DNA of 64,000 nucleotides from an uncultured Ruminococcus sp. (GTDB taxonomy: Bacteria; Bacillota; Clostridia; Oscillospirales; Acutalibacteraceae). The notes under the pieces are model-generated. The model had not been told where the DNA came from. It did not search any database and saw only the letters and a list, made by a program, of their open reading frames with translations. Shown here one piece after another: positions 1 to 8,538 of the stretch; the stretch's first letter is position 1, and each line of letters opens with the position of its first letter. The position numbers and the translations under genes were made by a program. The stretch lies in the NCBI GenBank assembly GCA_902765625.1, contig CACXAO010000002.1:1238-65237 (forward strand), given 5' to 3'.

Positions 1-287
1 ACAATGACGCAGTTGATTCTTTTTAGGCGGATATCCTGCATGAGTCTTGTCCAGCCCGGTCGGTCAAAATCCGTTCCCGAATAGCCGTCGTCCACATAGG
101 TATCGACATGGGCGATATCAGGGTGCAGCTTGAGATATTCCTTCAAAATCTCGCGCTGATTGGCAATGGACGCGCTCTCGGTTTTATTTTTGTCCATGTC
201 CTCTTTTGAAAGACGAATGTAAAGGGCAGCCTGCCATGTTTTTAAAGCCTGATTTGGCTGTCCATAATAGTCTTGATACTTTTGCAT
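1..287 (-). CDS. Large serine recombinase (TnpX/resolvase-type catalytic domain), runs off the window edge
   Basis: Manually translated: MQKYQDYYG...AALYIRLSKED...SIANQREIL...YVDDGYSGTDFDRPGWTRLMQDIRLKRINCVI. YxRxS catalytic motif and DxGxSG...RP motif present; GGAG RBS upstream. Not in the ORF track because it is partial. Confidence 0.92.
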   Translation of the reverse strand, partial: MQKYQDYYGQPNQALKTWQAALYIRLSKEDMDKNKTESASIANQREILKEYLKLHPDIAHVDTYVDDGYSGTDFDRPGWTRLMQDIRLKRINCVI

Positions 288-313
288 AAAAAACAGTCTC
301 CGATTTTGTTACA

Positions 314-562
314 TTATCCTGCGCGGATTAAGCTTGCGAATGATTCGACGAAGCTTTTACTACCCTCATATTCGACTTTGACAACAGTCTCTCCTACCTT
401 GAATAAATACGGGTTGCCTGCAAGCTTTATAAATGAACTCGTTTTATCTGTTATCCGTTGATTCGTGTTGATGTTCAGATTAATTAAATCTGTCAGCCTG
501 TCCGGTTCACAAGCTGAAATATCTGCGTTTTGAAGCTTCCGTAATTCATTTCTGTCGAGCAT
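314..562 (-). CDS. Small recombinase-associated protein (DUF6870-like)
   Basis: 82 aa with NPYLFKVGETVVKVEY motif typical of small ORFs preceding clostridial serine recombinases; AGGAGG RBS. Confidence 0.7.
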   Translation of the reverse strand: MLDRNELRKLQNADISACEPDRLTDLINLNINTNQRITDKTSSFIKLAGNPYLFKVGETVVKVEYEGSKSFVESFASLIRAG

Positions 563-1050
563 GCCGGCACCTCCTGTTCACTAGTAATTGTTGGCAAATA
601 AGCAGAATATTATTCTTTATTTCAACTATATTATACCACATACTAATGAACTTTTGGTGCTGACTTTGTTGCTTAAAAAAGACAGTGTAATGAGTATTTT
701 CTTTTGTAAGGCTTCATTATTTTTTCTTTTTCGATTCCGGTATAAATCCAAAATAATACGCCTTACGCTTCCATTTTAAGCCTTCTTTTTCCTCTCATGA
801 TATTATCATCTTCACGAATGAACTCTATGAAATCAGCTCCCATTGAAAAAGGTTTCTGCCCCCTTCTTGCGGGAGAATGCGTACCATTTTCTTTCACACC
901 AGAAATGACGGTTTTAAGCCATTTTCATGGATTCTACCAATGAAAATTCAGCCGAAAGAATGGTACACATAACTACTATTGAAGAAACGGCGGAATGTGT
1001 ACCGTTTTTCTCCATTTTCGCGGTTGATTATTTCATTATTTTGCGCACCA

Positions 1051-1368
1051 TTATTTCTCGCTCAATATCATCATTCGCAACACAAACTCCTCCGCCTGTT
1101 TTTCGATAGCGTTCATTTTGTTTTGCCATAGATTCGGATCGGATTTCTTCAGCTCGGTAGTAATTTGCTTTTTTGCTTCCAGATCCCTGACGGTTTTGTC
1201 GTAGAGGTGTTCCGCCTGTAAATCTATGGCGGTGATGTGGTCGTAGAGCACGCCTGCGCTCAGGAGAGTGTAATACTTCTCCTTGTCGTGGTCGATGAGG
1301 TATCGGCGGTAGCGTGTGCCCCATTCGCCGTATGTAGCAAGCAGTGCTTTTTCTCTTGAATTAAGAAT
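1051..1368 (-). CDS. TnpV-family protein, probably with a non-canonical ATT start
   Basis: The frame of ORF 1051..1251 stays open upstream: ILNSREKALLATYGEWGTRYRRYLIDHDKEKYYTLLSAGVLYDHITAIDLQAE...ELKKSDPNLWQNKMNAIEKQAEE, matching the TnpV pattern. AAGGAG RBS lies 9 nt before ATT at 1368. Confidence 0.75.
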   Translation of the reverse strand: MLNSREKALLATYGEWGTRYRRYLIDHDKEKYYTLLSAGVLYDHITAIDLQAEHLYDKTVRDLEAKKQITTELKKSDPNLWQNKMNAIEKQAEEFVLRMMILSEK

Positions 1369-1392
1369 GGTAATCAGCTCCTTTGATATGAT

Positions 1393-2037
1393 CTATGGTT
1401 CTATTATACATATCGCAGGTGCCATGGCGGCGCCCATATTGTTTGGGTCGGTTACCTGATAGTCTATTATTTTTCCTACCGTTGCCGCCGCAATTGCTAT
1501 TCCTTTGTCTGCGTTGCCGACTACGCAGCTTCCGGCGCCTGTTACCGTCCACTGTGCCGTTGGAGTGCGCACGCTGCCGTATTCAAGCGGAAAACGGTAC
1601 TGACGCTCTGCCGCGCAGAAATGCGACGACGTTGCGCAGACCGCGTTTCGTGCGGCTCCGCTTTCGGTAAATACTGCCGACATTATCAGTCCCTGTCCCA
1701 TTGTTGAACACGCGCCGTACTGTCCGAGAAACGGAAGCTGAAAATCGCGGAGTCCGAAGCTTGACCCTGTACACTGATTCAGCAGGTCGCCGGCAAATAC
1801 ATAATCAATCTCATCAGAGCTGACTTTGCTCTTCTCTATTGCAAGACTGACCGCTTCTGACTGCATACTGCTTTCGGCGTCCTCGAAGGTTTCCAAGCCG
1901 TTGTACGGGTCGTAAATAATGCTATCAAAGAATTTTCCCAGCGGTCCCTCGTATTCCTTTTTTCCGGCAATTGACGCGTAACCCTTTATTACGGGGGTGT
2001 TTTCAAAAATAATCGTTCTTTTTCCGATTCGTTTCAT
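1393..2037 (-). pseudogene. spoVAD: Stage V sporulation protein AD, 5' fragment interrupted by the element
   Basis: GKKEYEGPLG, AGDLLNQC, GACSTM, SSHFCAAERQYRFPLEYG, QWTVTGAG and NMGAAMAPA motifs, then unrelated ICIIEP*. 214 aa versus about 340 aa for a full SpoVAD. Confidence 0.92.
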
Positions 2038-2053
2038 ATTTTCACCTCGAAAA

Positions 2054-2082
2054 TAGTATGCGAAATCAGAATTGAAACATTC
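2054..2082 (-). promoter_or_regulatory. Putative forespore sigma-G promoter of spoVAD
   Basis: Minus strand GAATG-N17-CATACTA, close to the sigG consensus GHATR-N17/18-CATNNTA, just upstream of the GAGGTG RBS. Confidence 0.6.
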
Positions 2083-2111
2083 AAAAAGGAGCCGGACTAA
2101 TCCGACTCCTT
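2083..2111 (-). terminator. Intrinsic terminator after the GGDEF gene
   Basis: AAGGAGTCGGA-TTAG-TCCGGCTCCTT followed by a T run on the minus strand. Confidence 0.7.
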
Positions 2112-2116
2112 AATTG

Positions 2117-3433
2117 TTACGCATTCATTTTTATTGGCAGCTTTCCGCGTCGCTTAAAGCGGTACATTTCCTTGTCAGCCTTGCTAAACAGCTCGTATGT
2201 GCTTATATCCGTGTTCTCCCGACGCGCATATCCGTACGCGAGGTCCAGCTTCAGATTTGATTTTTGGTTGTATTCCTCAATCCGCTTTGCGAGCTGCCGC
2301 AGCTCCTTTTCGATCTGAGCAAGGGTTTTGTAGCGGCCGATAACCGCAAATTCGTCGCCGCCGATTCTGAAACACTTTCCGAACTCGTCAAACGAGAGCG
2401 ATATCAGCTCCGCTGCCTTTTTTATCATCTTGTCGCCCTCTGAATGACCGTATTTGTCGTTTATTCGCTTGAGATTGTTGAGGTCAAAAACGATATAACA
2501 CAGCTCGTCACAGTCGAAGCTCGCTTCCTGCTCAAGGATAAATGCGTTTCGGTTACTGATATTGCACAGGCTGTCTATATATGCCATTTTTTTGACACTC
2601 TCATAATCCGAGGTCTTTATGTAGCGCCTTGCGGCTATGTTGAGCATATCCGAAAAGACAATATAAGCAAAGATTGTCGTAGTCAAACCGATGCATACCA
2701 TAAATACTTTTCTGTGCTGTGTGAAATAAAATACAATGCCCGCAACAATTAATATCACCTGAATCAGACACAGAACGATAATTAAATGCTTATACTCGGT
2801 TTGCTTTCCGGACAGAGTTCTGACGTGCTGTAACGCGCAGCACATTACAAACACGCAAAGCGCAAAACCAACGATTCTCACCGTTAGAGTAATGTATTCC
2901 TGCGGCGCGTTGAACATTCCGAGAATAAAAAACAGCGAGGAAAACACGAAAAAAAACCATTCCGAAAAAATTATCGTTTTCCGCGTTGTAATCATCCTGA
3001 TGTAAGAAATGAACAGCTGCGGCATGAGCATAAGACTGGCGCACGAAATATAGCCCGAAAGCTCGCGCGAGCTGGGCAGAACAAACATTGTATTCGCGTC
3101 CGTAAGAAAGAACAAAGCAGATACAATAAAAAATGCTCCTGCCCTTAAGCTGATAAACGAAGCCTCTCGGTTGCGGTCAAATTTCCGATGAATCAGATAA
3201 CCCAAAAGCAAAGAGGTTAATCCGGCGGTTACAAATACAAAGAAAAATATGATTGAAACATAGTTATCGCGAAGATATCCTGTCATATTGCGGATGTACA
3301 GAGAGGTCTTATCCCATTCGCTCATTACCGACGGAAGCGGTATCGAGAACAACTTGCAGAAAATCGGACAAAATACGGCAAGGAGGAGAAGACCTCCGTT
3401 TTTGATACGCAGCAACTTGTTATCAGTTAGCAT
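2117..3433 (-). CDS. Membrane-bound diguanylate cyclase (GGDEF)
   Basis: Multiple TM helices, then DLNNLKRINDKYGHSEGD and FRIGGDEF. Start moved to ATG 3433, which has a GAGGTG RBS. Confidence 0.9.
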   Translation of the reverse strand: MLTDNKLLRIKNGGLLLLAVFCPIFCKLFSIPLPSVMSEWDKTSLYIRNMTGYLRDNYVSIIFFFVFVTAGLTSLLLGYLIHRKFDRNREASFISLRAGAFFIVSALFFLTDANTMFVLPSSRELSGYISCASLMLMPQLFISYIRMITTRKTIIFSEWFFFVFSSLFFILGMFNAPQEYITLTVRIVGFALCVFVMCCALQHVRTLSGKQTEYKHLIIVLCLIQVILIVAGIVFYFTQHRKVFMVCIGLTTTIFAYIVFSDMLNIAARRYIKTSDYESVKKMAYIDSLCNISNRNAFILEQEASFDCDELCYIVFDLNNLKRINDKYGHSEGDKMIKKAAELISLSFDEFGKCFRIGGDEFAVIGRYKTLAQIEKELRQLAKRIEEYNQKSNLKLDLAYGYARRENTDISTYELFSKADKEMYRFKRRGKLPIKMNA

Positions 3434-3625
3434 ACGAATCACCACCTCATTATATACTTTATATATATTATAATATAAATATAGGTCACAAACAAGAGGT
3501 ATTATGCACAATAATTTACATTTTGTCACTATCTGTCAGTGCAAATTATCATATCGGCAAAATTATATAACTATTGACAATCAGCGACATTTTTAATATA
3601 ATTCTCTTGAACCGAGGAGATTTAA

Positions 3626-4456
3626 ATGAAACGTGAACTTAGCTTTGCTCAGCAGGTTGAGCGCAGTATTACAAAAAAATACCGCAAGGAAATCTGGAAC
3701 CCGTTTATCGCCGCAGTCAAGCGGTACGAGCTGATTGACTCAGGCGACAAAATCGCCGTTTGTATTTCGGGCGGAAAGGACTCCATGCTGCTTGCAAAGC
3801 TCATGCAGATGCTGCAGCGCTACAGCGACGTCCCGTTTGAGCAGATTTTTCTTGTTATGAATCCCGGCTACAACGAAGAAAACCTTACTCAGATTCAAAA
3901 AAACGCCGAACTGCTTGAGCTGCCGATCGAAATTTTTAATACCGATATCTTCGACATCACCGAGAAGGTTGACCGCTATCCGTGCTATCTCTGCGCAAAA
4001 ATGCGCCGCGGTCACCTCTACAGCGAGGCTAAAAAACGCGGCTGCAATAAAATAGCGCTCGGTCACCATTTTTCTGACGTTATTGAGACGACGGTGATGG
4101 CGATGTTTTACGGCTCTCAGCTTCAGGGTATGATCCCCAAACTAAAAAGCACCAACTACGAGGGAATGGAGCTGATTCGTCCTTTGTACTGCGTGCACGA
4201 GGACGATATCATTGCCTGGACAAGATATAACGGGCTGCGTTTTATTCAGTGCGCCTGCAGATTTACCGACGAGAAGTTTGTTGAGGAAACGGGCGGCACA
4301 AAAAGACAGGAGATCAAAGAGCTTATCCGTGAGCTGAAAAAAACAAATCCTAATATCGAAAAAAGTATTTTCAACAGCCTGCACAGGGTTCATCTGGACA
4401 CCTTCGCAGGATTTAAGACCAAAGGCAAGGAATACAGCTTTTTGGACAGATACTAA
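3626..4456 (+). CDS. ttcA: TtcA-family PP-loop tRNA thiolation protein
   Basis: SGGKDS PP-loop, PCYLCAKMRRG, KIALGHHFSD, LIRPL. Confidence 0.85.
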   Translation: MKRELSFAQQVERSITKKYRKEIWNPFIAAVKRYELIDSGDKIAVCISGGKDSMLLAKLMQMLQRYSDVPFEQIFLVMNPGYNEENLTQIQKNAELLELPIEIFNTDIFDITEKVDRYPCYLCAKMRRGHLYSEAKKRGCNKIALGHHFSDVIETTVMAMFYGSQLQGMIPKLKSTNYEGMELIRPLYCVHEDDIIAWTRYNGLRFIQCACRFTDEKFVEETGGTKRQEIKELIRELKKTNPNIEKSIFNSLHRVHLDTFAGFKTKGKEYSFLDRY

Positions 4457-4462
4457 TAAAAC

Positions 4463-4488
4463 ACGCCCCGGCCGGTTGGTCGGGGCGT
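4463..4488. terminator. Bidirectional terminator between convergent genes
   Basis: ACGCCCCG...CGGGGCGT inverted repeat. Confidence 0.65.
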
Positions 4489-4510
4489 TAATTGTTTCAG
4501 TGTTATTATC

Positions 4511-5725
4511 TTATTCCTCTTCCTGAGCTTCAGCCAGATCGTTGAGCGCTTCTTCCGAAACGGAGTTGATCTCGTCTATTGAAGAAATATCGGAAGCCTC
4601 AGCTTCGCCTTCGTCCTCGCCTGAGATCACCTCGGCAAGCTCGGTTTCGTCAAGGTCGGTCAAATCCATAAGCTCCTCGTCCTCCTCTGCTCCGTAAAGC
4701 TCAGAAGCGATGATTCCGATAGCTTCCTCTCCCTCGGGGATAGGCAGACCAACAAAGAAGTGCATCTGGTTCTTGTAGATGTGAACCTCGATATCAAGAC
4801 CCTTTTCCTCGGCAATTTCGCCGAGCTTCTTTACGTCGGCACAGAAGATCTCGCGGGTACCTGCAAATACGGTCAGCTTGGGAAGTCCTACGAGGTCGCC
4901 GTAAATCGGGCTGACGGCAGGATGTGTTAAATCAAGGTCGCCTGCGTACTTCTCACCCTTAAAGGCGAGCTTCTCGATATTGAGAATCGGATCTATCGGC
5001 TGAATTTCCTCCATCTCGGGATTGCTGTTGGTGATATCGAGCCACGGTGAGATAAGAAATGCCTGCTTGGGCATGGGAAGCGCAAGATATCTGAGCTTCT
5101 GGAGAATAGAAAGCGCAAGTCCGCCGCCTGCGGCGTCGCCGATAAACACAACGTTCTCGGCGGGAATACCCTTACCTCTTACGATGTAGAGATAGCGGTC
5201 GATAAGCATCTGTTGGATTTCAACCGCAGTATGGGCAGGTGCCTTGGGATATACGGGCAAAATCAGCTTTGCGCCGAGCTTGTTGGCAAGCCTTCTCATA
5301 AACGCGTAGTGGTAACGCGAGGGATTGTACCAATAATTGCTGCCGTGGAGATAAAAGATAACGTCGTCTGTCGTCTTGTTTTTGGGCTCGAGCACAAAAG
5401 TATCCTCAAAATCGTCAAGCTCGCGGAGACCTATTCTCTTTCTTACAGCCTGCGGAAGCACAAACGGCTGAGAGCTTTTCTTCATGCTCTCCTCAAAACT
5501 CGGTTCCTTCTTGACGGAAACGGGCAAAACTCTGGTTGCGTCCTCGATAACAAGGCTCTTAACGCTTCTATCCTGCTTTTTAGCCTGAACGCTCTTTGCG
5601 ATCACAACGCCTGTAGCGGCGGCGGTAACGGCAGCTGCAGCGCCGATTGCGATCTTTTGCGAAGTTTTCAATTTAAGAATCTTTCCGGCTGCTGTTGTAA
5701 TAGCCGATTTAACTATTTTGTTCAT
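4511..5725 (-). CDS. HSL/Aes-type alpha/beta hydrolase fold protein with the nucleophile Ser replaced by Ala
   Basis: FYLHGSNY, PVYPKAP, GDAAGGGLA, LISPWLD, VSPIYGDL, GTREIF and QMHFF motifs; Ala-rich N-terminal helix; acidic C-terminal tail. Confidence 0.85.
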   Translation of the reverse strand: MNKIVKSAITTAAGKILKLKTSQKIAIGAAAAVTAAATGVVIAKSVQAKKQDRSVKSLVIEDATRVLPVSVKKEPSFEESMKKSSQPFVLPQAVRKRIGLRELDDFEDTFVLEPKNKTTDDVIFYLHGSNYWYNPSRYHYAFMRRLANKLGAKLILPVYPKAPAHTAVEIQQMLIDRYLYIVRGKGIPAENVVFIGDAAGGGLALSILQKLRYLALPMPKQAFLISPWLDITNSNPEMEEIQPIDPILNIEKLAFKGEKYAGDLDLTHPAVSPIYGDLVGLPKLTVFAGTREIFCADVKKLGEIAEEKGLDIEVHIYKNQMHFFVGLPIPEGEEAIGIIASELYGAEEDEELMDLTDLDETELAEVISGEDEGEAEASDISSIDEINSVSEEALNDLAEAQEEE

Positions 5726-5818
5726 AACAATAACCTCCTATATGCATTTTAGATATTATACCACATAATTCGACAAAAAACAATTATTATTTTAAAAATA
5801 TCTTGGGCAAAATCATCG

Positions 5819-8386
5819 TTATGACTGATTTTCTTCGCTGATAATCCGGCGGATTTCTGCCTCTGCTTCCCTCACTTCGTCGAGAAAAGCGCGTGACGAA
5901 ACCCTGAGCGCACCGTTTCCGAGGATGATCAGCTGTTCCATGCCGTCGGAGGTGACAACGCGTACGCGGTTGTTTTTTGCAAGCCGATGAGAGGTTTTTT
6001 CAATATACATATCGGCGGTTTCGGCTTCCTTTGTATAGACGACGCTGATACCGTTGACCTTTTCAACCTCGCGGTGGCTTCCCTTTACGCGATAGGCGTC
6101 GAAAACCACGATAAGCTCGCACTGACGAAAGCCCTGATAGTTGCACAGCACATTAATCAGCGCGGTCCTTGCGCCGTCTATGTTGGTATCGGCAAACTCG
6201 TTGAGGCGTTCCCACGCAAATATTACGTTATAGCCGTCAACAAGCACGTACTCGGTTCCGTCGTAGGACGGCTTTTTCTTTTGATACTTCGGGTCTGACG
6301 GAGCCGCAAAACGGCGCTTTACCGTTCCTGCCGTGCGTTTCCTTACGGGACCGTAGGTCTGCTCAAAAATCCGCATCAGCTCCTTGTCAAGAATAAACAA
6401 ATCCTCCTGCGTGCGACTCTCTGCAACCAGTCTTTCGCGGGTGAGCGGCTTTGACTCAGGCTGTTCGAGCGCGCTCGGAAGGTGCATATACTTTTTTACC
6501 TCGTTCCACTTTACGTTATGACCCGCGCCGTGTGAACAAAATACGGAACCGCAGGGATTGTCTGTATCCGCGTCGCAGTCGTATCCGATTTCGGCGATCA
6601 CCTGCTCCGGATTGTGGCACGGAGCATAGCCCTTGAGCGAGCACTGCAGTCTGCCCTTTCCGCGCGTGTACTGAATCACCTCGCGCTGATAGTCGCGCAT
6701 CTCCGAAACAGGCGCGGTGCCTGTTATTACGGCAAAACCCTCTGCCGTTTCGGGAGGATCGAACTCGCCGTGCATGCGCTGAATATCTGTCATCGCTCTG
6801 CCTACGCACTCAACGGGTACCTCGAGAGAAAACTCAAAAACCGGCTCTAGGATTATACTTTTTGCGCTTCGCAGGCCGTGGCGAACAGCGCGGTAGGTTG
6901 CCTGTCGGAAATCTCCGCCCTCTGTGTGCTTTGCGTGCGCCTTGCCTGAGGCTAGGATGATTTCAATATCGGTTACCGGCGAACCCGTCAGCACTCCGAG
7001 ATGGGTTTTCTCGGATAAGTGAGTTAATAACAGCCGCTGCCAGTTCTTATCAAGGCTGTCCTCACGGCACTCGCTGCGGATCGCGATTCCGCTGTCGCGC
7101 TTTGCAGGCTTCATAATGAGATGAACCTCGGCGTAGTGGCGCAGCGGCTCGAAATGACCTACTCCCTCCACGGTATCTGTGATGGTTTCCTTGTAAATTA
7201 TATTTCCTTTATCGAAATTTACCTCAAATCCGAATCGATCTGCAACAACTCTTTTGAGCACCTCAAGCTGAATCTCGCCCATCAGACGAAGCTGTATCTC
7301 GCCTAAGCGCTCGTTCCATACGACGTTGAGCTGAGGATCCTCCGTCTCGAGAATGCGGAATTTCGCAAGCGCTGTATGAACGTCGACGCTTTCGGGCAGG
7401 ATTACCGAGAAGTTCAGAACCGGCTCGAGCATTGGCAGAGAGGCGTTTTTTTCAGCGCCCAGACCGTCGCCTGTCCGCGTAAAGCTCAGACCCGTTACGG
7501 CGCAGACGGTGCCTGCCGCTGCCTCGTCAACAGCAGTAAATTTTTCTCCCGAATAAATACGGATTTGATTTACCTTTTCTCCGTTTATATTTTTTTCGCT
7601 CTTCACAACCTCACGAACCCTCAGCGTACCGCCCGTGAGCTTCATAAAGGTGAGGCGGTTACCCGAGGCGTCCTCGGCTATCTTGTACACTCTGGCGGCA
7701 AATTCGCTGCCGTAAAACGGCATTTCGGTATACTCGCGTAAACAGTCGAGAAACTCGCGGACGCCGTCCAAACGAAGCGCTGAACCAAAAAGACACGGAA
7801 ACACCTTGCGCTGAGCGATCGCGTTGACGATATCGGCACGGCTGAGGGAATCGTCCTCGTATTTTGCGAGAAGCTCTTCGTCACAAAGAGCGACGTTCTC
7901 AAGAAAATCGTCCTTGCTGCCGAAATCGACGCAGCATTCACTGAGCTTGGTGCGCAGCTGATAAAACACAACTTCTCTGCTTGAGCCGCTCAAATCCATC
8001 TTGTTCACAAAAATAAATGTCGGAACACGGTAGCGGCGAAGAAGCTTCCAAAGGGTCTGCGTGTGACTCTGGACTCCGTCGGAACCGCTGATTACAAGAA
8101 TCGCGTAGTCGAGCACCTGCAGCGCGCGCTCCGTTTCCGCGGAAAAATCCACGTGTCCCGGAGTATCGAGAAGCGTGAACTCTGCGTCGCCGCAGGAGAG
8201 GATCGCCTGCTTTGAAAATATGGTGATGCCGCGTTCTCGTTCGAGAGCGTTTGTGTCGAGAAATGAGTCACGATGGTCTACCCTGCCGAGCCTGCTCAGG
8301 TTTCCTGAGCAATACAGAAGAGCCTCGGACAGAGTGGTTTTGCCCGAATCGACGTGAGCCAGAATGCCTACCGCGATTTTTTTCAT
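5819..8386 (-). CDS. TetM/EF-G-like translational GTPase fused to a C-terminal NYN (YacP/Rae1-like) ribonuclease
   Basis: GTPase motifs AHVDSGKTT, RGITI, DTPGH, NKMD; C-terminal LVDGYNV, VVFDA, ETADMYIE, VVTSD. Confidence 0.92.
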   Translation of the reverse strand: MKKIAVGILAHVDSGKTTLSEALLYCSGNLSRLGRVDHRDSFLDTNALERERGITIFSKQAILSCGDAEFTLLDTPGHVDFSAETERALQVLDYAILVISGSDGVQSHTQTLWKLLRRYRVPTFIFVNKMDLSGSSREVVFYQLRTKLSECCVDFGSKDDFLENVALCDEELLAKYEDDSLSRADIVNAIAQRKVFPCLFGSALRLDGVREFLDCLREYTEMPFYGSEFAARVYKIAEDASGNRLTFMKLTGGTLRVREVVKSEKNINGEKVNQIRIYSGEKFTAVDEAAAGTVCAVTGLSFTRTGDGLGAEKNASLPMLEPVLNFSVILPESVDVHTALAKFRILETEDPQLNVVWNERLGEIQLRLMGEIQLEVLKRVVADRFGFEVNFDKGNIIYKETITDTVEGVGHFEPLRHYAEVHLIMKPAKRDSGIAIRSECREDSLDKNWQRLLLTHLSEKTHLGVLTGSPVTDIEIILASGKAHAKHTEGGDFRQATYRAVRHGLRSAKSIILEPVFEFSLEVPVECVGRAMTDIQRMHGEFDPPETAEGFAVITGTAPVSEMRDYQREVIQYTRGKGRLQCSLKGYAPCHNPEQVIAEIGYDCDADTDNPCGSVFCSHGAGHNVKWNEVKKYMHLPSALEQPESKPLTRERLVAESRTQEDLFILDKELMRIFEQTYGPVRKRTAGTVKRRFAAPSDPKYQKKKPSYDGTEYVLVDGYNVIFAWERLNEFADTNIDGARTALINVLCNYQGFRQCELIVVFDAYRVKGSHREVEKVNGISVVYTKEAETADMYIEKTSHRLAKNNRVRVVTSDGMEQLIILGNGALRVSSRAFLDEVREAEAEIRRIISEENQS

Positions 8387-8538
8387 ATGATCACCGCCTG
8401 TTAGTGTGTTATGCCTTTATGATACCACAAAAACCTAAAAAAGTAAAACAAGAGACTGTCGCTGAAAAAATAAAAATCTCAGGCAACAGTTCTTGGTACT
8501 GTAACCTGAGATAATTTCAACTGTACGGTAGTCTTGGT

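Larger units (their letters stand above)
1..1413 (-). mobile_element. End of an integrative (Tn4451-like/IME) element inserted in spoVAD
   Basis: TnpV, DUF6870-like and serine recombinase genes with AT-rich spacers begin exactly where the SpoVAD match stops (after MGAAMAPA). Confidence 0.8.

Noticed and set aside
5819-8386. Tetracycline resistance gene (tetM/tetW)
   Set aside because: It lacks the YSPVST loop, carries an NYN fusion, and has no mobile context
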